The notes under the pieces are model-generated. The model searched no databases, was not told where the DNA came from, and saw nothing but the letters and a program-made list of their open reading frames with translations. A stretch of DNA of 64,000 nt from Candidatus Zhuqueibacterota bacterium (lineage in GTDB: Bacteria; Zhuqueibacterota; Zhuqueibacteria; Thermofontimicrobiales; Thermofontimicrobiaceae): assembly GCA_049322915.1 (NCBI GenBank), contig JBMOPW010000032.1:32001-96000 (forward strand). Reading direction: 5' to 3'. This document shows, in pieces, positions 50,561 to 59,257 of the stretch. The position numbers and the translations under genes are program-made. Position 1 is the first letter of the stretch; the number at the start of each line of letters is the position of its first letter.

Positions 50561-51211
50561 TCATTTCGATGTAACAAAAACGCTATCCACGACTGTTTTC
50601 TCAAGGTAGATCAATTTCATCACTGGCACTTCTTCCGGCACTTTATTGACCGGCAGGGGATGGTATTCCATCAGGCCCTGTTTATATCCCCACATTTCAA
50701 CGGACGTCACGTCTTCTGTTTGTTCCAGATGCATTTTAATGGGAATCCCTTTGTAGTTTCTGCGCAGGCCGCGCAACAGGGAAGCGAAAATTGCGCCCAT
50801 GGCTCGCACAGAATCCGGAGCGCTTTCGAATCGCTCCGGAGAGTCGTTGGAGTTGGCCGTGAATTTAACATTGCCGCCAAAGCTCCACAGATTCATTATT
50901 TTTTGAGCCTTGCTGCTTGGCGTGAGCAGGTAAATCCTACCGCCGGGGAATGTCCTGGCAATATCCAGCTCTCCGAACCCGTCGCCGGATAAATCGTAAA
51001 TGACCATTTTATCAATCTTATCCTCCGGGATCATGAAATCTTCCGCAAAGAAGTCGATGAGTTTTTTGTTGGTCACCGTTGTGGTTTGAACAATGGCCTG
51101 ATCGATTTGAATTTCCTGACTCTGTCCGAAGGCCTCAGCACCGAGAAAGGTGAAGAAGGCGAAAGCTGAGAGTCGTATCGCGACTTTGAATGATGTATGT
51201 TCTCGTATCAT
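50561..51211 (-). CDS. Secreted hypothetical protein
   Basis: Signal peptide (..FTFLGAEAFG); ATGA overlap with upstream TPR gene; DLSGDG loop. Confidence 0.8.
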   Translation of the reverse strand: MIREHTSFKVAIRLSAFAFFTFLGAEAFGQSQEIQIDQAIVQTTTVTNKKLIDFFAEDFMIPEDKIDKMVIYDLSGDGFGELDIARTFPGGRIYLLTPSSKAQKIMNLWSFGGNVKFTANSNDSPERFESAPDSVRAMGAIFASLLRGLRRNYKGIPIKMHLEQTEDVTSVEMWGYKQGLMEYHPLPVNKVPEEVPVMKLIYLEKTVVDSVFVTSK

Positions 51212-52680
51212 TGCTTGCTCCTGGTTTGTTTCCATTTGTTGAAATATTCTCTGGCTTCATCGTAAAGCCCGGCGCTTTTATGAGCGCGCACCATTAAGGA
51301 CAGCAGTTCATTGGTCTCATCTTCGGACAGGCCATTGGAATCGGCCAATGCTTTCTTCCCGTGAAAGATGGCCTGGTCCGGGTCGTTCCACAACAACGAG
51401 ACCAGCTCAATGTGGGCTTTGGCCCCCTGATCCCATTTGAACGAGGCGGCTTTGGTGAAATAGGCCAGCGCCAATTTTTTCTCCTGTTTGTCCCTGGCTT
51501 CAATCCCTAACCGATACAGCATGGCGCCATAGCTATCGAAAAATGGCTGAATTTCTTTCGCGGTCATTCCAAAATTTTCATAGTCCAGGGTTTCGTAGAC
51601 CAGCTTCATCCGTTCAACGGCCTGGGCCTTCTTGCCCAGGATTTCAAATTCGACAACGGCCAGCTTGTGAAAGACACTCATTTTCGCTTTTCGAGTCTGA
51701 AGCATGTTCAACAGACTCTCGCATGCCTGCGCCATGGCGTCATAGTTCTTTTCAGATTCCAGAGCGAGAATTTTATCGAACAATTCCGAGGCGCGGATAT
51801 TGCCGTCATCCCATTGAATCCATTTCACGTAATTTTCCAGGTCGGTTTTCTCCTGCGGCGTTCGAACAAATGGCTCGGCGACTTGAAACGCTTTGAGCGA
51901 GCGAGTATCGTCGTACATTCGGGCGTAGGCGTCGCCCTGGGCGTACATGTAGTAAAATAATTTGGATGTGTCGGGCGGCGTCTCAAAACTTGTCTTGAGC
52001 AACACTTTTTGGGCTTGCTGGAAATTGAGAAGCGCTTGTTCAAAATTTTTCACGGCCAATTGATTTTCAGCCAACAGCCTGAACAGTTCGTGTTCGCCTT
52101 TTTCAATGCGAGTGAGCCGCTCCAAAATTTCGATGGCTTTCTCATAATTTTTTTCAATTCCAAAAATGTGCTGCAAATTGTAATAGGCAACAGCCAGCAG
52201 GACACGGGCATTTTTATCAAAGGGATTGATTTTCACGGCTGCTTCAAGATGCTGCTGTGCCTGTTGGCAATAGGTCAGGGCCTCTTTTGCGCGTAATTCC
52301 CTTGTCCCGTTATTGGTCAGCTTTTTCCACTGGGACAGGTTTTGCGAGCCCAGATTCATCTCACGATCGAACTGCTTTTTATCTGCCGATGAAAGGCTCT
52401 TTTGATTTTTGATATCCTGCTCAAGGAATGTGCAGAACTCATCGACCTGATCCAGCCGCTTCTTTCCTTTCTGGGAAAATACATTGGCCTCGCCTTCCTT
52501 CTGAGCCGAAACAAAATTATTGTTCGCGGTTTCGATGGACAGAACAACTGTCGTGCTGTCCAGACCAGGCGGAATACTCAATTTCTTCACATGATTTCCC
52601 CCGGTGGTTGCGCAGCCGGAAAGGCCAATCAGCCACGCTCCCAACAATAATCTAATAAAAATGGAAATTGTCTGTTTCAT
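51208..52680 (-). CDS. TPR-repeat lipoprotein
   Basis: Lipobox LSGC; TPRs (LEAAVKINPFDKNARVLLAVAYY, YEKAIEILERL, YDEAREYFNKW); RBS GGAGG. Confidence 0.88.
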   Translation of the reverse strand: MKQTISIFIRLLLGAWLIGLSGCATTGGNHVKKLSIPPGLDSTTVVLSIETANNNFVSAQKEGEANVFSQKGKKRLDQVDEFCTFLEQDIKNQKSLSSADKKQFDREMNLGSQNLSQWKKLTNNGTRELRAKEALTYCQQAQQHLEAAVKINPFDKNARVLLAVAYYNLQHIFGIEKNYEKAIEILERLTRIEKGEHELFRLLAENQLAVKNFEQALLNFQQAQKVLLKTSFETPPDTSKLFYYMYAQGDAYARMYDDTRSLKAFQVAEPFVRTPQEKTDLENYVKWIQWDDGNIRASELFDKILALESEKNYDAMAQACESLLNMLQTRKAKMSVFHKLAVVEFEILGKKAQAVERMKLVYETLDYENFGMTAKEIQPFFDSYGAMLYRLGIEARDKQEKKLALAYFTKAASFKWDQGAKAHIELVSLLWNDPDQAIFHGKKALADSNGLSEDETNELLSLMVRAHKSAGLYDEAREYFNKWKQTRSKQ

Positions 52681-52785
52681 TTTTATTATTCACCTCCACG
52701 TTTGTACCTGAAACTATTTCGTTCGAATGTTACTTTTGCATCGGATGCCATGCCATCCATCGTTGAAAGGATGGCCCAATCGTCC

Positions 52786-53934
52786 TTACTTTTTGGATTG
52801 TGTTCTCCACCATGACCAGAAAATCTGGTAAAATGAAGCGGCGCGATCACCAGGCGCAGAACGCGAACTGATCAGCGATTTCATTTCATTCGCTTCGCGG
52901 ACGACATTGCCAATGGTGAGGTAGTTGCTTTCTTCCCGAATTCCGTTATCTTTCAACATCGTGTAATCATCGCTTTCTACGAGGCACACCCGAAGAAGCA
53001 TTTCGATTTCATTGCACGACAGCAGGAAATGATAGTGACGGCCGCTATAGGTGAAAGGAACGGCGGAGGATAAATCGCCGCTCTGATGACCCATCTCATA
53101 CGCAATGAGTTTCGGAATGGGGCCGGGGTGGGCTTTCATCCACTTTATCAATTCATGCAGATCGAGCGTCGCTGTGCCACCGCCGGACCCGGAAGGAAGG
53201 GAAATGCCAGCGCCAGAATTCGCTCCACCGCCTCGGGTCGTTCGACCGCCGCCTGCCCCGGAAAGTCCGGTACCTCCTGCGCCGGAACCAATGCCAGCGC
53301 CAAATCCTGAACCCTGGCCAGAGCCGGCGCCGGCGCCTGAACCTGCGCCATAGCCAGTCCCTGAACCGCCTCCGCCAAGGGTGACTTTCGGCCCGCTGGA
53401 GGTTCCGCTGCCACCTGACCGTCGTGACGGCGCCATGGATGAATTGCGATTTGTAATTTCACTGGATATGTTCAGATCATCATAACTTCTGCTAGACCGG
53501 GAGACATTGGTGGAGATGTTTGACGATTCAGTCTGCGAGCCGCCAGAGCCTCCGCGCTTGCCGGCTTTAGCCTCGCGGGAGATGAAATTTTTCATATCAA
53601 ATCCCTGAACAATCGAAGCGACGCTGATTTCAGATTTTGACTTTTGAACGGACGGTGCATTGTGTTTGCTCTGGACTCTGGTAGAACCTGCCGATTGCTT
53701 GCTGATGCGGATTTCATTTCTCGTTGTCGTGAGCATTTTTGGCGGCGTGAAGGTCAATTTAATCAGTTCCTTCATCTCCAACTTCACATCATTCAATTTC
53801 TGCTTTTCCGGTAGCATGGTAAACGAAAATATCTGAGCCATCAAATAAAGGAGCGCCAAGACTGTCAGAGTGATCAGCCCTGACAGTACATGCAGATTTT
53901 CCTGCCGGTTGATGTAATTAATTATAACTTTCAT
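52786..53934 (-). CDS. TonB/TolA-like membrane-anchored protein with Gly/Ser-rich linker and unrecognised C-terminal domain
   Basis: Single N-terminal TM; long G/S/A-rich low-complexity stretch; ~125 aa C-terminal globular domain; overlaps exbD stop by 17 nt. Confidence 0.7.
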   Translation of the reverse strand: MKVIINYINRQENLHVLSGLITLTVLALLYLMAQIFSFTMLPEKQKLNDVKLEMKELIKLTFTPPKMLTTTRNEIRISKQSAGSTRVQSKHNAPSVQKSKSEISVASIVQGFDMKNFISREAKAGKRGGSGGSQTESSNISTNVSRSSRSYDDLNISSEITNRNSSMAPSRRSGGSGTSSGPKVTLGGGGSGTGYGAGSGAGAGSGQGSGFGAGIGSGAGGTGLSGAGGGRTTRGGGANSGAGISLPSGSGGGTATLDLHELIKWMKAHPGPIPKLIAYEMGHQSGDLSSAVPFTYSGRHYHFLLSCNEIEMLLRVCLVESDDYTMLKDNGIREESNYLTIGNVVREANEMKSLISSRSAPGDRAASFYQIFWSWWRTQSKK

Positions 53935-54316
53935 AGTTCAATGTCTTTTCTATTTTATTTCGATGACAAATATCAAACACATCGACTAATTTTTGCATGA
54001 TGCTTGATTTGTGCGGTTCAATGGTGATGATGAGTTTTTCATTGTACCTTTTGTAAAGATCGTTTTTGCTGACGAGCAGGTTTTCCAGATCTGATAAGGA
54101 TTGAACCTGAGTCGATTTGCCGCCGTCATCCAGCTTGAATGAGTTCTGGAAAATGGTGAGGCGGGCATCGTGGAACATGTATTTTACCGATTCATCCGAC
54201 ATGGCGGAGGACAGGTCCACGTAATCAGTTTTAAGCCGACTGATGTTGATGAAGCCCAACAGCACGATCAACGCCACATCGATGAGCCTGATCATCAGGC
54301 GCGTATTTGAATTCAT
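53918..54316 (-). CDS. ExbD/TolR-family protein 2
   Basis: IRLIDVALIVLLGF TM with conserved Asp; IITIEPHKSSIMQKLVDVFDIC. Confidence 0.85.
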   Translation of the reverse strand: MNSNTRLMIRLIDVALIVLLGFINISRLKTDYVDLSSAMSDESVKYMFHDARLTIFQNSFKLDDGGKSTQVQSLSDLENLLVSKNDLYKRYNEKLIITIEPHKSSIMQKLVDVFDICHRNKIEKTLNYESYN

Positions 54317-54326
54317 AACTCCCTCT

Positions 54327-54731
54327 TCATTCTGTCATTGACGTCATAACATCCAGGCCTTTGGCGAGACCCAAATCCCGGCACAACCTGACGACGGCCA
54401 GGCCCTGCTCGACCGGCGAATCCCAGTCTGCGCGTATTCTAACGCCTAACACAGCGCCCTTGCTCTCCGCCTGTCGCGCTTTCTCGAATAAATAGTTCTG
54501 AAGCTGTTCAATGCGCGTCATGGTGAGCATCCCGCCATCAGCGTGATAGGTGCCATCATTCTTTACCCCGATGACAATGGTGTTAGCGTTCTCCGGCGCG
54601 CCTTCTGAGGCTTCCGTGCTCCTGGGCGGATCGATCAGCGTTGTCGTGTCGATTTGAGAAATGGCGATGAACCCGAAAAGGAGGATGAAGACGACGTCGA
54701 TCATCCGAATCATTAATGAAGTTTTGCCCAT
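54327..54731 (-). CDS. ExbD/TolR-family protein 1
   Basis: IRMIDVVFILLFGF TM with conserved Asp; VRIRADWDSP..AVVRLCRDLG. Confidence 0.88.
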   Translation of the reverse strand: MGKTSLMIRMIDVVFILLFGFIAISQIDTTTLIDPPRSTEASEGAPENANTIVIGVKNDGTYHADGGMLTMTRIEQLQNYLFEKARQAESKGAVLGVRIRADWDSPVEQGLAVVRLCRDLGLAKGLDVMTSMTE

Positions 54732-54756
54732 AGAATGTGCCTTTTCATTTTTGTGC

Positions 54757-54799
54757 AAAAAAACGGCTCTCCCGAAAGTGGCATGCTTTCGGGAGAGTC
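54757..54799 (-). terminator. Intra-operon terminator-like hairpin
   Basis: Minus strand GACTCTCCCGAAAG-7 nt-CTTTCGGGAGAGCC followed by GTTTTTTT. Confidence 0.75.
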
Positions 54800-54811
54800 A
54801 GTCGAACGAAT

Positions 54812-56791
54812 TTACTTCAGGTACAGAATTCGTTTGCTTGCTTTGAAATTATCTGTGGTCATCCGATAGAGATAGATGCCGCTGCCCAAATCCTGTCCGG
54901 CGTCGTTGCTGCCATCCCAGGTAATTGTATGAGCGCCGGCGTTTTGAACTCCGGAAACCAGACTTTTCACTTTTTGACCCATCAAATTGTAGATATCAAT
55001 TGTCACATTTCCTGTGTGATTCATGAAATAGGCGATGTTGGCTTTCCCATTGAATGGATTGGGATAGGCCGCGCCCAGATTATGTCTCTCAGGAAGATTC
55101 TCGTCTTTGGAAAAATCAGAAACAGAGGTGCTCGATGCGATTGCAGTCAGCGGACCGTAGAAGCTGGCGGTGCTTCCTGTGATTTCCACATCAGCGATTT
55201 TATAATAATAGGTTTGGCCGGATTCAACATCGGCATCTGTGAATGAATAATGATGCATCGCGGATGAGTTGCCCGAAACCGGGATCACTTCGGGATTGAC
55301 TATTTTGTATTCACCGTCAGCAGCGTCGCTGCGGTAAATGTCGTATCCCATATTTTCGGTCTCGGATTGGCTGGTCCAGTCTAGCATGATTCCGCCAAAG
55401 TGGAACACATATTTGAAAGAATCAATTTCAACGGTGACAAGGGGTTCGCGATCGGTCACAATGAATCCAAAATCGACGTCCAGTCTGGCTTCGCATTCGG
55501 CCAGAACAATCGGCGCGCTCGGATCAATGCTGGTGGTCAATGCGACATTGGTCTCGCTCATGTACGGGTGATCAATGTCGACAAAGTAGGTGCCGGCATT
55601 CAGATTCTGGAACAGATAAAAACCGAGTCGGTTGGTGCGCACGCTGTCCATGAAGGTATCAGCATCCGGCTCATACATATTATTGTCATTATCCTTGTAC
55701 AGCGAGACTTTTACTGAGGGAAGTCCAGCTTCCATCATATCACGAAGCCCGTTGGAATTTTTGTCATAGAAAATTCTATCGCCAATGCTGGCGCAGCCGG
55801 TCGCTTCGAGCGGAAGTTTGAACGCGATCATATTCCAGACGCCGCTCAGCGCTGGCAGTTGCGGATTGTCCATTTGAGATTCCAACTGGAAAGAAGCCCA
55901 GTCCTCTTCAGAACGCACCGGGACAAGAAATTCAACCATGGACCAGCGATGCCGAATTCCGATACCATCGGAAAGCGGATTGGTATCGATGGCGGGATCT
56001 GAATTGGACGAATTGATGTAATCCACGGCGCCTTGTGTATCAGCGATATTATCATCCGGTGTTGCGCCGAAGCCCATTTTGTACCAGATGGCCGATGCGC
56101 TGGCTCGTTCGTAGACGCCGGCAAATATTTTCACCGAACCCCATCGCTCGAAGCGGTTGCCTTCAATCGGGAAGGTCACTGTTTTGGTCAATGGAGGCTG
56201 GCTGGCAGCATTGAAATAATCCAGGCCATCAGCGATCCAGATATTCGATTCAGGCAGATTGGGCAGGCTGTAAATCGCCACAAGTCCGCCGCCGTAGATA
56301 CCGCCGCTGGTGGGACGAACCGGGAGTTGAATGTCGTCCACTTTATAACGGTGGTCGCCGAGTACTAAAACATCGCTCGCATCAGCGCGATAGGTGAAAT
56401 TCAACGTGGTTGCTTCCTGCGAATAGCCAATGCACGTCGCATTTTTCGTCACGGTGAGGCCTTCATCGTTGCTCAACGTGATGATGATGTCCGTGAGTTG
56501 CGCCGGAGTCACATTGGAGAACGCACTGAAATACACGTAGCCGGCGACAATTTCAGCATCTTCAGGAATTTTCATTAATGCAGTGGCTTCCCCGCGGAGG
56601 CCAAGTGAACCAAGACTGGTGACGCCAACATCATATTTACCGGTAAATACCGGCAGCGTAATGTTCAATTGTTCATTGCCATCAGCGTAGCCCATTGATG
56701 CAACAAATGTCACTGACATGAGCAAGCCGATTAGCCCCATGGCCACTTTCCGGCGCCATTTTCCTTTTTGTAACGTGTTAGACTTTTTCAT
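54812..56791 (-). CDS. Secreted protein with SdrD B-like domain, FN3-like domain and type A T9SS/FlgD C-terminal domain
   Basis: Signal peptide; SIGDRIFYDKNSNG..EAGLPSVKVSLY..GFYLFQNL.AGTY..DVDFGF; WTSQSETENMGYDIYRS; AYPNPFN..IYNLMGQKV..WDGSNDAG..SGIYLYRM. Confidence 0.88.
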   Translation of the reverse strand: MKKSNTLQKGKWRRKVAMGLIGLLMSVTFVASMGYADGNEQLNITLPVFTGKYDVGVTSLGSLGLRGEATALMKIPEDAEIVAGYVYFSAFSNVTPAQLTDIIITLSNDEGLTVTKNATCIGYSQEATTLNFTYRADASDVLVLGDHRYKVDDIQLPVRPTSGGIYGGGLVAIYSLPNLPESNIWIADGLDYFNAASQPPLTKTVTFPIEGNRFERWGSVKIFAGVYERASASAIWYKMGFGATPDDNIADTQGAVDYINSSNSDPAIDTNPLSDGIGIRHRWSMVEFLVPVRSEEDWASFQLESQMDNPQLPALSGVWNMIAFKLPLEATGCASIGDRIFYDKNSNGLRDMMEAGLPSVKVSLYKDNDNNMYEPDADTFMDSVRTNRLGFYLFQNLNAGTYFVDIDHPYMSETNVALTTSIDPSAPIVLAECEARLDVDFGFIVTDREPLVTVEIDSFKYVFHFGGIMLDWTSQSETENMGYDIYRSDAADGEYKIVNPEVIPVSGNSSAMHHYSFTDADVESGQTYYYKIADVEITGSTASFYGPLTAIASSTSVSDFSKDENLPERHNLGAAYPNPFNGKANIAYFMNHTGNVTIDIYNLMGQKVKSLVSGVQNAGAHTITWDGSNDAGQDLGSGIYLYRMTTDNFKASKRILYLK

Positions 56792-56847
56792 GGTCCATCT
56801 CCTTAATTGTTAAAAGTGCGATTAGTTAGTATGTGCTGGTTGTATGT

Positions 56848-58215
56848 TTATCGAATCAGATTGAGCAAGCCCCGGTGAAGAACCTGATTTCCATCTGAAA
56901 TCATGAACAGGTAACATCCCGGCAGCATCAGGTTTCCTGCTTCATCGCGACCATTCCAGAATCGTTCGCCATTGGATAAATTTTTTATTTCAAGACCTGA
57001 CCTGTTCATAATCGAAATAACCCAGTTTGTTGGTGTTGTGTCGCCTTTTTTGAACTCGACCCAATCGTTGATCCCGTCGTCATTGGGCGTAAATGGATTC
57101 GGTGTGACTTCGATCTCCGGTTCATCCGGCGGTTCCTCCGGATCAATGGGTGGATCCGGTGGATCAGGCGGATCAGGTGGATCGACCGGCGGATCCACGG
57201 GCGGATCAATGGGAACAGTTTCGTACGGCGCGATGTAGCTGGATGTATCGGCGCTGGTGTTGGTGTTCACATTCACATCGATGCGAACGTAGCGTCGCTT
57301 ACCATCCTTTGCCGGATTGTGGGTCGAATAGGTGATCCGATAGCGATGGTGGAGGAGCTTGGAAATGGCTCGATAAATTTCCTCGAGATCGCTGGACGTG
57401 GGGCTGTAGTAATAAAGCCCACCGGATTGGTCAGCCAAATCTTTCAGAATATTTTCCTCCGGACTATTTGGATTCAAACCCAGTCCTATCGTGAAGACCC
57501 GAATCTCATGCGAAAGAATGGCAGTCAGCGCCTCGGCGTAGCTGTACTGGCTATCTTTGTCCGCGCCATCGGTCATCAAAATGATAGCTCTGTTTTTGAT
57601 GCTGCTGGTGAAAAGATAGACTGAATGGATCAGCGCATCGAATATGGCAGTCCCACCCATCGACTCCATCCGATTGATAGCCGCGTTGAGCGTATCTTTC
57701 ACGGTTGTAAAGTCACTGTCAGTCTGCGGCTGATGCGAGAAACTGACCAGGGCGGATTGGTCTTCACCCTGCATCAGATTCACGAACACGCTGGCGGCTT
57801 TCTTCGAATCTTCGATGGGCTGACCGCGCATACTGCCGCTTCGATCCAGCGTCAGAATCACGCTGAAGCCAATTTCATTCGACGTCAATTCTTCGACCAG
57901 AATGGGCAACTCCCGCGTATTGTCTTCCCTCACTTCAAAATTGTCTTCATCCAGTTCGCCGATGACAAAGCCGGCGTCGTTCGTGACAGTGACGAGGGAG
58001 ACGATTTTTGGGAATTCGGCGGCCGAAACCTCGTTATAGATTAACGTCAGACTATCCAGTTGAGTCGCCTGAATGATGCTGTCGTCCAGTTCAGCGCTCA
58101 CCGCCGGTGGGACCAGGTGTGTTTCGGTGATCCAGGCCGGGAAAAGCAGTATCACAACTGCCATTCCGATGAGGATAATCCGTCTGTTTTTGTATGTCCA
58201 ATATGTTGATTGCAT
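56848..58215 (-). CDS. VWA-domain protein with Pro/Asp linker and type B (gliding-motility-associated) C-terminal domain
   Basis: MIDAS LDRSGSM..GGTAIFDA..MTDG; PNPFTPNDDGINDW..IMNRSG..FWNGRDEAG..PGCYLF. Confidence 0.88.
   Translation of the reverse strand: MQSTYWTYKNRRIILIGMAVVILLFPAWITETHLVPPAVSAELDDSIIQATQLDSLTLIYNEVSAAEFPKIVSLVTVTNDAGFVIGELDEDNFEVREDNTRELPILVEELTSNEIGFSVILTLDRSGSMRGQPIEDSKKAASVFVNLMQGEDQSALVSFSHQPQTDSDFTTVKDTLNAAINRMESMGGTAIFDALIHSVYLFTSSIKNRAIILMTDGADKDSQYSYAEALTAILSHEIRVFTIGLGLNPNSPEENILKDLADQSGGLYYYSPTSSDLEEIYRAISKLLHHRYRITYSTHNPAKDGKRRYVRIDVNVNTNTSADTSSYIAPYETVPIDPPVDPPVDPPDPPDPPDPPIDPEEPPDEPEIEVTPNPFTPNDDGINDWVEFKKGDTTPTNWVISIMNRSGLEIKNLSNGERFWNGRDEAGNLMLPGCYLFMISDGNQVLHRGLLNLIR
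57119..57213 (-). repeat. Pro-Asp (DPP) tandem repeat linker
   Basis: Encodes PIDPPVDPPVDPPDPPDPPDPPIDPEEPPDEP; GGATC recurs at 9-12 nt spacing. Confidence 0.85.
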
Positions 58216-58264
58216 GATCACTGCACCTTTGTTTGCTGAAGGCAATTTTAAAAAAAGAGTTACA

Positions 58265-59197
58265 TTAATAATTCGTTTCATAAGCCATGCCCATCGAGCG
58301 ATCGACGCGCGGTTTCTTCTGTGTCTGATAGTTCATCTCAATGGTTTGAATTTCCATATCGCTTTCTTCCATTTGGCTGGATTGCGTCGATGGCCCTTTG
58401 TTTTCGTGTATCAGTAAAACCTGACGAATCGCTTCAGAGCGCTCGGATAGCTGATTGAGTTGAGCATTGAACATTGTGAAAAGATAGGTTGAGAAAAAGT
58501 TCAGCGCGATACTGATGACAATTCCGACCAGCGTGGTGACGAGAGCGATACTCATCCCCTGAAGAATTGTGGGGCCGTCCATTTTTCCCGAATGGAAGGT
58601 CAGGAATATCCCCCACACAGTACCTAACAAGCCCAAAGCTCCCGATGTATCGGAAAGATAATTGATGATCCGGTTGAACGATTCGAACGAGTCCCGTTCT
58701 GATGCCACAAATTTATTGACGTCATTTCCAATGGGTTCGGCGCGATGGGTTTTTTCGAATGTCACCAGTATCTGATGAAAAAGACGCCATGCCCGCGTGG
58801 GATTCTTGCCCTGACTCATGCGCAATATCCGTTTCAAATCGTTGAGTTTAATTTTTCCCTGCATCAGGACTTGTGAGCGGGATTTATCCCGATACTCGAA
58901 CAAAGCCCGGTAGCTAATGAGCATGATTCCGCCTGCCGTGATCAATACAAATGGCCAGAAGGTCCAGTCGCACCATTCAATTAGTTTCCAGGCAGTCAGT
59001 TTGGCGCCTTGTTCCGATTGGACTGTCGCAGTGCTGTTGACGGCTTTCTGAGCTTCGGCTGTGGTGCGGGTTGTTTGTTTTGCATTGGCCTGCATGGGAG
59101 TCAAACTGATGAGCAGTCCGCTCACTCCCAAAATCACGACGGACACAACCCATGTGAAGAATGACTTTCTGTTGTTGCTGCCTATGTGCTTTTCCAC
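58265..59197 (-). CDS. MotA/TolQ/ExbB proton channel family protein
   Basis: GALGLLGTVWGI and GMSIALVTTLVGIVISI helices; N-terminal signal-like extension. Confidence 0.92.
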   Translation of the reverse strand: MEKHIGSNNRKSFFTWVVSVVILGVSGLLISLTPMQANAKQTTRTTAEAQKAVNSTATVQSEQGAKLTAWKLIEWCDWTFWPFVLITAGGIMLISYRALFEYRDKSRSQVLMQGKIKLNDLKRILRMSQGKNPTRAWRLFHQILVTFEKTHRAEPIGNDVNKFVASERDSFESFNRIINYLSDTSGALGLLGTVWGIFLTFHSGKMDGPTILQGMSIALVTTLVGIVISIALNFFSTYLFTMFNAQLNQLSERSEAIRQVLLIHENKGPSTQSSQMEESDMEIQTIEMNYQTQKKPRVDRSMGMAYETNY

Positions 59198-59257
59198 GAT
59201 GTATCTCCTCTTTTTCAGAATGAATGAGTACTTTATATTAGCAAAAAAATTAATTTC

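Noticed and set aside
57119..57213. CRISPR-like or non-coding repeat
   Set aside because: Short in-frame repeats encoding a Pro/Asp linker; no spacers or cas genes.
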